This document shows positions 24,427 through 37,400 of a stretch of 64,000 nucleotides of DNA, piece by piece; the stretch's first letter is position 1, and each line of letters starts with the position of its first letter. Made by a program: the position numbers and the translations under genes. Location of the stretch: assembly GCA_032718475.1 (NCBI GenBank), contig JAUCBJ010007359.1:62001-126000 (forward strand), given 5' to 3'. The notes beneath the pieces are model-generated. The model did no database searches. It saw only the letters and a list, made by a program, of their open reading frames with translations, and had not been told where the DNA came from. This DNA is from Nemertoderma westbladi. Taxonomy: Eukaryota; Animalia; Xenacoelomorpha.

Positions 24427-27152
24427 TCCTGAGACTTACCTAACCAATCTAACTGTCTACAGATCTCCTGAATTTCATAGGAAAACTCTATAATCCCGCT
24501 GCTAAGAAACTTTCGAGGCGCTACTAATTTTGCATACAAATACCTAGCTATGTTAGTCCTATTACCATACCTGATGTTTAGTGTATCCCAAACTTTTCTC
24601 AATCCGTCTGGATGTCCAATAAACTTTAATGCCATTAACTTGGGAGGTCCTTCCAAGCACTCGATGAGGAATTGAAGTTTCTCTCCGTTGGATAGTACAG
24701 AGTTCTGTTTGTTATCTTTATAATATTCATTAAAAGGTGACCATTTCATCTCATCTCTATTGAACTTGACGACCTCTCCTACCTTTACCGCTTGACGGGC
24801 TTCCGTTCTGGCCATCTGACGTGTAAAACTTTCTTGAGCCATTGTATTATTTAATATCGAATTATCGGTATATAAATTTCTCGGATTATGATCAGATCTG
24901 TATGGGATATCATTATCAACAGGCTTATAATTACCCTTAAGAGGGTTTACTATAGGAGTTTCTACTTCGCTAGCAGTATAGATGCGTATAGGCTTCACAC
25001 CTTGCGCATGAAATACTTCAGACCTAATGGGCTGACACATTGTTACAGGGGGTGGTGGTATACCCATTTGTATATTTACTAATTTATCACGCTCTAAAGC
25101 GATACTTTGTTGTACTTCTTGCAACTCTAACCTACTCTCTCTTACTGTTCCATTTAACAGCTGAACAGTCCTTTCCAATTCTCGGACTTGCTGGGAAGAT
25201 TGATTTTTATGCGCTTCCAGCTGTCCGAGCAGCTGCTCCATCCCCCGTCGTCCCTCGTCCACCCACTCAACCGCGGAGGCGGGAGACACCAACTTGGTAG
25301 CTGGATGGCACATCGGGACGACGGGAGACAGTTTATTGATATTGTCTTGCTCGGCGTCCAGGACTGTTTGGGATTCTGTCAGTTGTCGACTGGGCACAGG
25401 TAGTTTGGTACTGTGCAAAGGGAAGTTAGAGTTAGGTTCTGGAAGTACAGGGGTCTCTATATGAGGAATGGCTTCGCTAACAGGCCTAATTATTTCGGGC
25501 TCATCTACTATAGTAGGGAGTCTTTCTACTCTAATAATCTGGTCTGTAGGTTCCTGATTACTTAAGTCTACATTAGCTAGTTGCCTTCTCACCGCAGGAG
25601 GCAAATTAGGTAACTTCTGCCGGTGTGGCGCTCTTCTACGTCCGCTTGAACGAGATTTATTACCTTTACCCTCGGGATCCATTGTATCGCCTTCATCAGA
25701 GGAGCTAAATCCCTGTCTTCTGGGAGTAGATCGACTCAGTAGTTGCATCTGAGTTGCTGCCCTTTGTTTATTTAAGTAATCTTGTTTCGCCTGAAGATTC
25801 TCCAACTCTAGTTGGGTTGTCACTTCAGATGACTTCCGTTCGGCATCTGCCACTGCCGCTTTTCTTTCAGCCTCTGCCGCTGCCACCTTCCTTTCAGATT
25901 CTGTCGCTGCCGCTTTTCTTTCAGATTCTACCACTGCCGCCTTCCTTTCAGATTCTGCCGCTGCTGCTGACCTTTCATATTCTGCCACTGCCGCCTTCCT
26001 TTCAGATTGTGCCGCTGCTGCTGACCTTCGGTCTTCTATTTGCCTTTTCTTTATTTGCCTTTCTTGGTCCATAGTGATGAGGATGCTTTCATCAAATTTA
26101 GCCTGCTCTGCAGCTAATATTTCCCCATCTAAAGAATCTAACAAGAATTTGGCTCCCTCACTATTGGGGTGAAGTCCAGCTAGCCGTCTCCTTAGCTCTT
26201 TGTCACCTATAAATCGTTGATAATCCGACAGATAGATGTCAATAGCATCCTTCTTCTGAGGTTTCTCGGATATCGCTTCGCCTTCCACATGAGAAAAGGT
26301 GGCATCTGTTGATTCTCCTTGGGTTATGCGCTCAGTTAGCTGAACTTTCCATTGTGTCGTTCCCTGGACCTTAACATTCACTCGCTGGAACCAAGTCTTT
26401 ACAGCCACTTGCAACGACGTGTCTTGGCTTCTCTTCGAGGCTTCCTCAAAGGCTGAAAGGATTAATCTGATCCGCAAGATACGTTCTTGCACTTGATAAA
26501 GCAGCTCTCCCTGCCCTTGAGGTCCTTTAGGTTGTTGGAATAAATGTTCTTCTAGTCGTTCCAAGGAGTTGAAGAATCCCTGGACGTATCCTGCTGCTGA
26601 CCTCTTCCATACAGCTGGATCTCGAATGTCCCTTACTATCCCCATTCGGTATAAGTTCTTCGTTCTTAGTTCTTCCATCGTGTATCCCGCATAACTGTCC
26701 CTGGTCGATCTCTTATTTCTCATCCAATCCGCTTGATGTTCCTCCACAGCTATCAATACTCTAGTGAGTATGGCCCCAGGAAGAATTAGAAGTGGATCTG
26801 GATAAACCGCTTCTTCCATCCTTGCTCCGATCTCGGGCGTTAACCGTGTCGGTTTCCGACACTCTTCAGTGTCGGAACTAGAGTTATTCTGCCGTTGAGA
26901 AATAAGTTCTCGGTTCGGGTGCTGCTGCTGTTTAACAGCCGTCTCTTGGTCTCGCTTAACTTGAGCCCTAGTGCCTATAATAGACCTACGGTGCTTTACT
27001 AGCCTAGGGTCTGATACCACTACTGTAGGGATAACCTTTCTTACAGTAGGAGGGGATTTAGACTTCGGTCTGAGATGTTCTATAGTTTTATCTGGGTCAC
27101 ATATCGTTCTTTCTAGGAGACTATCTGACAGTGTTTGCTTTGTGTCAGACAT
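24427..27152 (-). pseudogene. gag: gag N-terminal ~908 codons of copy B, open up to the copy C insertion
   Basis: Homologous to 16144-18280, with (AAAESERKA)n repeats and a DUF1759-like region. The last ~22 aa of the listed 931-aa ORF are read-through into the C LTR. Confidence 0.92.
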
Positions 27153-27478
27153 AATTTATTTTACAGTTGAATGCCTACTACTATAATGACAGTTAAAGCA
27201 AGTCTAGGAATCAGTATCAACTATCAGCCTAGTAGTTAGTTACCGATACCGTTACTCAGTGTAACTTGATATATTTAATATTAAAATACCGGTATACACT
27301 TATAGTATATATAAAGTATTATTACAGACTACCGGGGTTAATTTAACTATAACGGTATGTATAACAAGCACAATTACTGTAGGAATAAACTTGGGGAATT
27401 GGAGGTTGCGAATACTCGCATAAACTCTGAATAATAAATATTATGCTACCCGTACAGACTATTCAAATAAAACACAGA

Positions 27479-30400
27479 TTTGAGGTTTGAGATTTATTTA
27501 TTTTTTATTTATACCGAGTGGTCGTACACATTAATTATAACAATAATTGCATTATTTTTAATTTGCAGGGTAAGCATTTAATAATTTAATAATTTCTATT
27601 AAAGGGATTTAGTTTTTGAATGTTGATAATGATAGTGCACTGATAGTAGTTGGCAGTAGCTGAAGCTAGTTTTGTCAACTGCTATCAACGACCAGTTCGG
27701 GGGGGGGGGGGGGGGTGGTACTAGCCTATCCAATCAGCAACAGCTCAGGCGATTTCCCTTTTTTCGTTTTTCCCACAAAGTACTGTATATTTATTTTACT
27801 TTTTATTCAATTAATTTAATTTGTATTTTTAGGATATGAAACTGGATAAAATCGCAATATTTTGTATTTTTTTGTAATTTTATTTTCTTGTATTTTATCT
27901 TACTGTAGCTCATTTATTAGTTTATTTTTTAATTTTCTTCCTAATGATTTTTTCGATTTACATTGTTTAATATCTACATCTAGCGTGTTCCAGACAATGA
28001 CACCGTTATATTTTAATGATTTCTGTCCTTGTAGTAGTCGGGTCCGTGGTACATAGTAGTTTTTTCTTGTTGTTGATCGTGTGTTGTAAGTATGTACAGT
28101 AGATGTTTGTTGAAACAACGAAGTGATAAAATTTTGTTTTTTGTTATTGTGGATTTCCCACATTAGTTTAGCTGTTTCAAGAAAATGCAGTTGTTCAATC
28201 GGTAGTATATCTAATTGTTTGTAGAGTGGTGATGCGTGTTCCCTGTAGTGACTGAAGGTAATTGCTCTGACTAGTTTATTTATTTTAATTTTAATAGGTT
28301 TCGTATGTGTAGATTGAGCGTTACCCCAGATCACTATACAGTAATTGATGTAAGGTTGTATCAGTGAACAGTAAAGTAATTTTAATATACGTAGTGGTAG
28401 AGTGTGTCGGAGTTTAAAAAATATACCAGCTGATTTTGAGATTTTCTTCAAAACATAAGCATAATGATTTTTCCAAGATAACTTTCTGTCTATCCAAATT
28501 CCTAAAAATTTTGTTTCATTTACATTTTTTATTGGTTGATTACGTATTTTTATATTATTGTGTTTTGTTTCTTTTTTATTTGTAAAAAATAGATACTCTG
28601 ATTTTTTAAGATTTAATGATAGTTGGTTGTCGGTTAGCCACAGATCAATTTTATTAAGTTCGGTATTTACAGTTTCAGTTAGTATTTCAAGGTCTTTGTG
28701 ATTGTAAAGTAGGTTTGTATCGTCGGCAAATAAAGTTGAGTGAAGTGATGTACAGTTCGGTAAGTCGTTTATGTAAATTAAGAATAATGTAGCGCTGAGT
28801 ATAGCCCCCTGGGGGGTACCGCAGGGGGCCAGTATCGGTTCTGAGTGAGTGTTGCCTATGTAAACTGAGTGTGTTCGGTTGTGTAAGTAGCTAGTTATTA
28901 GTTTATGGGGGGTTCCACGTATCCCATAGCTGTCTAGTTTGTTTAAGAGAATATTGTGTTGTAAAGTATCGAAGGCTTTCTTAAGATCTATTGATATCAA
29001 ACAGGCAGATTCTTGTAATTCTAGGATATTTTGTAATTTTTCGGTTACAGTCAGTATGGCATCTGTTGTTGTAGATTGTTTTCGAAATCCGTATTGGTAT
29101 TGTGAGAGTATGGAGTACTTGTCTAGATAAGAGATTAGTTGGGAGTTGATTACACGTTCAAAGAGTTTACTGAATACAGGTAATATTGATATGGGTCTGT
29201 AATTATTTTTCTCAGTAGGGACGCCGGATTTAAAAACTGAGGTAATTTTACCAGATTTAAGAGTGGATGGGAATGAACCGGTTTTAATAGAGAGATATAT
29301 CAGATATGTCAAATGTGGTGCAATATAATAATAATATAATAATAATATAAGCTGCTAATTTAACTAGAGTGATGGGGAAGCTGTCGTTAGTTGAACTTGA
29401 GTTATTGAGATCTAGTATGTTGTAAATAGTTTCAGTGTTAGAGGTTTCAACAAGTGAGAAGGAGTTTGGTTTTTTGTGGTTTATATAACGTATTGGGTTT
29501 CTGTTTATTGTGGGTATCTCTTGTGCCAGTCGAGTTCCTATAGTAGCAAAGTGGTTGTTAAAAACACTGCAGATTTCCTCAGGGTCAGTAATTTCTTTAT
29601 TATTTCCATTCTTATCAGTAATAATTAGTTTTTTTGGTGAAGTTTTCGGTTTTGACCTGTTTAAAGCTGAATTTATTGTATTCCATGTTTTTCTCATTTT
29701 ATTTTTGTTTTTGTCGAATTCTTTTGCATAATATAATTTTTCCGCTGATTTTAGAGTTTTCGAAAATTTGTTACAGTATTTTTTATATTCCTTTAATTTT
29801 TCTTCTGTCGTATTTTTTGAGAGAGCGGCGTACATTTTATTTTTAGTTATTGACGATTTAATCAGTCCTATGGTCATCCATGGTTTTTTTGGTATTTCCT
29901 TTTTGTTCTAATTGTTTTTTCAGTAGGTGTTTACTCGTTATTTTTTCAAAATTTTTGTAAAATTCTTCAAATTTATTTTCACTCATAATATTATCATTTT
30001 TATATGTCCACAAGCTGGTTTCTCGCAAATCGTTCAGATAGTTTTCTTTGTTAAATTTAGAATAGTTATAAGTGTAACGTGTTTCAGGTGGGTTAAAAAA
30101 CATAAGTAATTTTGAATCGTAATAAATGTACCTAAGTGGTCAGTTGTGCCTACTTCTGCAAGGAAAACACCGGGAGTTATTATTTTATCTCGTATATTTG
30201 TTGAAATATGATCAAGTAGAGTTTTGGAATGTGGGGTTATTCTAGTTGGGACTTTAATTAGTTGTTCGAAGGAGTATGATTCTAAAACTTGTAGGTATTT
30301 AATAGCGTTGTTTGATTTTTTTAAAAGGTCTAAATTGAAATCGCCGGTTAAAATAATGTCAAGATTTTGAGTTGATAAATTATAAAGTAAATTGTTAACA

Positions 30401-30732
30401 TTTTCTAGAAAATTATTTAGATCGCAGGAATCAGGGCGATAAATGTTGCCTATTAATATTGGTTTTAGATTTTTAGATTTTTTTGTTCTAGAAATACCAA
30501 CCCAAGAAGATTCGCAGTGTTCAATCGTAATATCTGTACGGTGTGTGTAGTCTAGTCCGTTTTTTAGGTATATGGCTGTCCCGCCCCTCTGACGTTTTCC
30601 GTATTGTCTGTTGTTAGTAATTGGTAGTGAGTATCCGTGTATACGTAGAGGAGTGAGATCAGTGTCGTCAGTTATAAATGTTTCGGTAAAAGAAAGTACG
30701 TAAAATTGCTTGTCAATGAGGTTTAGGTAGTC
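27479..30732 (-). mobile_element. 5'-truncated CR1/L2-group LINE (Crack/Daphne-like), ORF2 APE endonuclease plus RT, frameshifted
   Basis: APE motifs FTET, IYRP, TGDFN, PTRIT, LLDH, TDH; RT motifs NYRPISIL, QYGFR, DLKKAFD, PQGAILS, LFADDT. AATAAA plus a (CTCAAA)-type tail. TSD CACAGA at 27473-27478 and 30733-30738. Confidence 0.93.
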
Positions 30733-31298
30733 CACAGACCAAATGCTGGCAGACTACTGTCAAGCCTAAATAAACTACAGTATATGCAGACTCTGAAATG
30801 GTTAGTTAGTAGGCGTTCTAACCAAGTAGTACGACTTATTACCTTACAGCACTGGATGCCCCCACCTTCCTAACTAGAACTTTATCGGACAGACACTCTA
30901 CATATACTGCAATGGCCTCAGAGCTAACAACAGCTAGACAACAATCCGGCCTACAAATTATTTATACAATCTGAGCAGGCTTACACGCCTTCTGCTCAAT
31001 ATTACACTTACAGATAAATAAAACTGACAGAAATAAGTAAAATCCCAATAAAAACCAGGGCTGCAGTCCCCGTTTAAATATTAAGACCTACTGGTATATA
31101 ATTATCACAATCGAAATAATACTACTGTACCTGTAAGTACCGGTTCGGAACAGGCCTACAGTTTACCGTCCTACTGGTACATTCGACTTTATTGCCTACG
31201 GCGCAATAAAGAAACTTAAAATCTATTAATGTTCTTACCAGAACATTAGACAAAGTATATTTATTGCCTACTGTGCAATAAAGAACCAAATCTATTAA

Positions 31299-32409
31299 TG
31301 TTCGCGCTTTTAGACCTTTAGCAGTTTAACCTGCCAATTTTAGTTGTCCTCTTGTTTATAAATCGACTTTAGCCTTTTACCAATTACCTGGTATACTGAA
31401 GTTACATCAGCCGAAGCCAGTCCGTGTGCGGCGTATGACCCACGGTGTGGGAGACTGGATTCGGATTCCTTGGGAATTATTGCAGTGTAGACCTACTGTA
31501 TTATTCGATTGATCGCTACTATATAATCTCTGACAACTATATTTACTTTCGGGGAAATATTAACAGTTCCAGGACATGGCGCTTTAAGTATAAAAACAGA
31601 GTTATGACTTATACTAATCACAACTAGATGGCCACAGAGTTTCGTAAATAGCGCATTCTTTAGGAGATGCTTTATTAACCTTCACACTACTTTACACAAC
31701 TTCGCACTAATTTGCCGACCGTCACTGAATTTGATCATATATAAGGAGGATTGCAACTGACACACAGGGATTATGAAATAGCATTTAATTCACAAAAAAC
31801 CACTATAATTTAAGTCGCAGTTGCTACCGGTAGATCCTATTCCTCTTACCTCAGTAATCAATAAGATTGAGGGGTTTATGATTATTTATCGGTATTCTCC
31901 AAATATAACATCAATATCCATTAATATAACAACAATTAATACTATAAACAGAAGTAAAATAATGCGGTGAAATGAGTTGTTCAGAGTCAGGTGAAAAAAT
32001 AGTAAAATGAAATGTAGGTGAGTTAAGTGATGACAAAGTGATTAAGGTAGGTTAAAAGATTTACGTTCTTATAACCAAAGCCATCTGATGTTTCCTGGCC
32101 AAAGTCTGAAACTTCCGTACAGAAGCACAGAATCCTGAGTTGGTTCTGATTCTCAGAAAATAATAAACAAAGACCATAATGCATTGCGCGAGTTTCTATA
32201 GGTTTCTGTTAGCAGTAAAGTGAAAATTGCTCTGATTGGCTGAATAAGACAGAACAAAGAACTTCCACGTACACAAAGAATCAGCTGACAGATTTCGTCA
32301 TCATGGTTCTAATTCCTTCCTGTCGCGTAGTTGAATCATTTTAGGTCTATTTTAGAGTATTCTGCGTATTGTGTAAAAATGACGTGTTATGTCCGCAAAA
32401 GCTTTTACA
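31299..32409 (-). repeat. 5' LTR of copy B
   Basis: Minus strand reads TGTAAAAGC...GCGCGAACA; homologous to the A and C LTRs, closer to A by eye. Confidence 0.92.
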
Positions 32410-32840
32410 ATACTATCTATTGATCAATTTGCTTATTTTTTAAATTTTCTACTGGCAAAATTTTTTTTCCATGCTACATTTGTTTCAGAATTATAACAAA
32501 ATTGGGGATATAATTGACACACCTCCCCAATGCTATGCGGCTGTATATTCCTTCACACTCCCAACTCAGTTAGTTGTAATCTCAATTAGTTAATGTAAGG
32601 TGGAAAGATGGAATCCATTATAATAAAATCAAATTATTTCTTAAAACTAAGGCTTTACGAACAAAGATAAAGCCGCACCATTTTAGCAGAAACCGTTTTC
32701 AATAGATTTATGGGAATATTTTGTAATTATATCAAATTATTTTTTACATTACACACATCCGTATTAACTAAACATATTTACCGTAAACCCCTCCAGCTAT
32801 GCCACTACGTACGGTAGCCTAAATGAGAAGTCCTAAGTTT

Positions 32841-33392
32841 CCCCTCACTCACTCTTACAGTACCAGAGCTAGTGCTTCAAACTTCTACCTCCCGAATTGT
32901 AAATCCTTTGAATCTGATACTTTCGTTTTTAACGGCATTAAAAATTGGAACGCTCTGCCTAATGAAATTAAAAACCTAAATAATCAACATTATTTTAAAT
33001 CTGCAGTTAAATCTCACCTCCGTGTGCAATGTAAAAATAGGTACAATAGTCCTACAGTAAGTTATTAGTTTATTAATTATTTATTATTTATACTGTAATT
33101 ATGTTTTATATTAAATTGTTCTGTACATTACATCTTTATCGTTGAGTTGGGCATTGTCACGCTCTCGGTAAAGTTGTACATGTACATAGTGTAATTAGGT
33201 TTATATTGGTTTTAGGTTAGCGTAGTGTAATATTGTATTTGTTACCAAGTAACATAAAGGACCCGCTTGGAAATACGCTGCAAAGCTTTAGGGGTAATCC
33301 TATATGTTATGTTGGACAATACCTTTATACCGGTACATTGTTTGGTCTATTTATTGTTTTTACATAATGTATAAATAAATCTATCTATCTAT
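32841..33392 (+). mobile_element. 3'-terminal fragment of a second CR1/L2-group LINE
   Basis: HSYSTRAS...TFVFNGIKNWNALPNEIK...FKSAVK resembles the ORF2 C-terminus of the LINE above; 3' UTR ends AATAAA(TCTA)n. Boundaries approximate. Confidence 0.75.
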
Positions 33393-33955
33393 ATATTTTA
33401 AATTTCGACAAATTCCAAGATATATTGGAGGAGAAATAGCATTTGGCGCAAATTTTTACAATTTCAGTGCCAATTTGGGGCCAATTTTAAATATATTTGG
33501 TGTAGCTATTCTTAAACAACCCTGACGATGTTTAGAAGACAAAAAAATAATTTTCTCCCAATTTTAGGGTCGCGAGACACCAAAATGTGAGGTCCAATTT
33601 GGGGGTGCTACCCCCCTCCCAAAGGTTTCCCATTTTGACACATCATATAACAACAGCGTTGGAGTTGAATGTGGTACAGATCGAACCAATAATCATTTTT
33701 TCATTCAAAACAAAAGATAACAAACACTTCAGAGTATATTTAAGCTGTTAATTATAACGTTATCAACATGTTCAAACAATGAGTTTCATAAAAGTATCCT
33801 GAACTCACCAAATACAATAATATTTATTTATACTGTAGTATAATATTATATCCCACCACACAATAATATTTATTAAAGTCAGTAAATATATCCCGCCATA
33901 AACAATATTTAATTTAAATATTTTACATACAGTATATAAGTTTGTTTGTATTCTT

Positions 33956-34026
33956 CTAGTTGTTACACTTGTCACAGGATGTCTGACAGTTCCAGTACAT
34001 ATAGCCGGGGTTGGCTTGGCACTCGC
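33956..34026 (-). CDS. Terminal coding exon of an ShKT-domain protein: (G)ECQANPGYMYWNCQTSCDKCNN*
   Basis: Acceptor TTCATTTACAG, phase 1 matching the upstream exon, TAG at 33958-33956, AATAAA ~80 nt downstream. Confidence 0.88.
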
Positions 34027-34409
34027 CTGTAAATGAAGAATACTTTTAATATTTTATTAATTATATTTAATATTAAATTATTATTTTAATATTTAATTTT
34101 AATATTCTTTAAATAAAGAATATTCTTAATGTTAATATAACTTTTAATACTCCATGAGAAGCATGATAAAATAAATATATAGTTTAAAAGTTGCTAAGTA
34201 AAATAAATAAATAATATTAATTAATTGCTAAAAATAGATAAAAGGAAGTTTACTAATATTATTTTAAATATTAGTTATAGAATACGAGATAAATAATTAA
34301 TCTATATTTTGCTCTTGTTTTTTCTTGGACGACGACTTATAGCCATTCTAGTTACATAATTATATTTATAGAGTTTTTAAAGTTTTAGTTAGTTACTGTA
34401 GTTACTTAC

Positions 34410-34463
34410 CACTCGCTGCCCATACTGCACAGTATATATTTGTGTCAGGTAATTCAATGCAAA
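34410..34463 (-). CDS. 54-nt exon of the ShKT-domain protein: xCIELPDTNIYCAVWAAS(G)
   Basis: Acceptor GTTTTAG, donor GTAAGT, phase 1-1. The spliced product has the six-Cys ShKT pattern C..C..WA..GEC..NP.YM..NC..SC..C. Confidence 0.88.
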
Positions 34464-37400
34464 CTAAAACATAAATAAAATGTATATTTGTCATTATTGT
34501 TCCATTTAGAATAAATAATAATCGTTAATGGAAAAAGAGTTAATATTTACCTTTTATCCTTGGCACTTTCTATCCTTTAGATTGTATTTTGGTTTGAGTT
34601 TAATATGTAGAAAAAATTGAATGTAAATTTCATGATTGGCCGTGAGAAGTTTAAAATAAATAATATACATACAGTAGCATATCACCTGTTAATTCTAGGA
34701 GTGATATACGATATATCACCTGTTAGTTCTATGAGTGATATACGATATATCACCTATTAGTTCTAGGAGTGATATACGATATATCACTTGTTAGTTCTAG
34801 GAGTGATATACGATATATCACCTGTTAGTTCTAGGATTGATATACGATATATCACCTGTTAGTTCTAGGATTGATATACAGTACGATATATCACTTGTTA
34901 GTTCTAGGAGTGATATACAGTACGATATATCACCTGTTAGTTCTAGGAGTGATATACGATATATCACTTGTTAGTTCTAGGAGTGATATACGATATATCA
35001 CCTGTTAGTTCTAGGATTGATTTACGATATATCACCTGTTAGTTCTAGGAGTGATATACAGTACGATATATCACCTGTTAGTTCTAGGAGTGATATACGA
35101 TATATCACATGTTAGTTCTAGGAGTGATATACAGTACGATATATCACCTGTTAGTTCTAGGAGTGATATACGATATATCACCTGTTAGTTCTAGGAGTGA
35201 TATACGATATATCACCTGTTAGTTCTAGGAGTGATATACGATATATCACCTGTTAGTTCTAGGAGTGATATACAGTACGATATATCACCTGTTAGTTCTA
35301 GGAGTGATATACGATATATCACATGTTAGTTCTAGGAGTGATATACAGTACGATATATCACCTGTTAGTTCTAGGAGTGATATACGATATATCACCTGTT
35401 AGTTCTACGTGTGATATACGATATATCACCTGTTAGTTCTAGGAGTGATATACGATATATCACATGTTAGTTCTAGGAGTGATATACAGTACGATATATC
35501 ACCTGTTAGTTCTAGGAGTGATATACGATATATCACATGTTAGTTCTAGGAGTGATATACAGTACGATATATCACCTGTTAGTTCTAGGAGTGATATACG
35601 ATATATCACCTGTTAGTTCTACGTGTGATATACGATATATCACCTGTTAGTTCTAGGAGTGATATACGATATATCACATGTTAGTTCTAGGAGTGATATA
35701 CAGTACGATATATCACCTGTTAGTTCTAGGAGTGATATACGATATATCACCTGTTAGTTCTACGTGTGATATACGATATATCACCTGTTAGTTCTAGGAG
35801 TGATATACGATATATCACCTGTTAGTTCTAGGAGTGATATACAGTACGATATATCACCTGTTAGTTCTAGGAGTGATATACGATATATCACCTGTTAGTT
35901 CTACGTGTGATATACGATATATCACCTGTTAGTTCTAGGAGTGATATACGATATATCACATGTTAGTTCTAGGAGTGATATACGATATATCACCTGTTAG
36001 TTCTAGGAGTGATATACGATATATCACCTGTTAGTTCTACGTGTGATATACGATATATCACCTGTTAGTTCTAGGAGTGATATACGATATATCACCTGTT
36101 AGTTCTAGGAGTGATATACGATATATCACCTGTTAGTTCTAGGAGTGATATACAGTACGATATATCACCTGTTAGTTCTAGGAGTGATATACGATATATC
36201 ACCTGTTAGTTCTAGGAGTGATATTACGATATATCACCTGTTAGTTCTAGGAGTGATATACGATATATCACATGTTAGTTCTAGGAGTGATATACAGTAC
36301 GATATATCACCTGTTAGTTCTACGTGTGATATACGATATATTACCTGTTAGTTCTACGTGTGATATACGATATATCACCTGTTAGTTCTAGGAGTGATAT
36401 ACGATATATCACATGTTAGTTCTAGGAGTGATATACAGTACGATATATCACCTGTTAGTTCTAGGAGTGATATACGATATATCACCTGTTAGTTCTAGGA
36501 GTGATATACGATATATCACCTGTTAGTTCTACGTGTGATATACGATATATTACCTGTTAGTTCTAGGAGTGATATACGATATATCACCTGTTAGTTCTAC
36601 GTGTGATATACGATATATCACCTGTTAGTTCTAGGATTGATTTACGATATATCACATGTTAGTTCTAGGAGTGATATACAGTACGATATATCACCTGTTA
36701 GTTCTACGAGTGATATACGATATATCACCTGTTAGTTCTAGGAGTGATTTACGATATATCACCTGTTAGTTCTAGGAGTGATATACAGTACGATATATCA
36801 CCTGTTAGTTCTAGGAGTGATATACGATATATCACCTGTTAGTTCTAGGAGTGATATACAGTACGATATATCACCTGTTAGTTCTAGGAGTGATATACGA
36901 TATATCACCTGTTAGTTCTAGGAGTGATATACGATATATCACCTGTTAGTTCTACGTGTGATATACGATATATTACCTGTTAGTTCTAGGAGTGATATAC
37001 GATATATCACCTGTTAGTTCTAGGTGTGATATACGATATATCACCTGTTAGTTCTAGGAGTGATATACGATATATCACCTGTTAGTTCTAGGAGTGATAT
37101 ACAGTACGATATATCACCTGTTAGTTCTACGTGTGATATACGATATATTACCTGTTAGTTCTACGTGTGATATACGATATATCACCTGTTAGTTCTAGGA
37201 GTGATATACGATATATCACCTGTTAGTTCTAGGAGTGATATACAGTACGATATATCACCTGTTAGTTCTACGTGTGATATACGATATATCACCTGTTAGT
37301 TCTACGTGTGATATACGATATATCACCTGTTAGTTCTACGTGTGATATACGATATATCACCTGTTAGTTCTACGTGTGATATACGATATATCACCTGTTA

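Larger units (their letters stand above)
7577..32409 (-). mobile_element. BEL/Pao non-autonomous copy B, interrupted by copy C and by a LINE; 3' LTR missing
   Basis: 5' LTR 32409-31299, leader, gag 27152-24427 resuming in register at 12689 (DWLGKSQEY|QSSMVVGAV), protease, 3' region. The lower boundary near 7577 is inferred. Confidence 0.88.

Noticed and set aside
32796-32808. GCTATGCCACTA, resembling a hAT-type terminal repeat
   Set aside because: No matching second terminus or TSD found nearby.
34551-34633. Possible first or upstream exon of the ShKT gene (ATG at ~34633, donor AG|GTAAAT at ~34550)
   Set aside because: The ATG frame stops early, and the phase-compatible frame has a TAG, leaving only a 19-nt micro-exon with a poor acceptor. 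Not supportable without transcripts.
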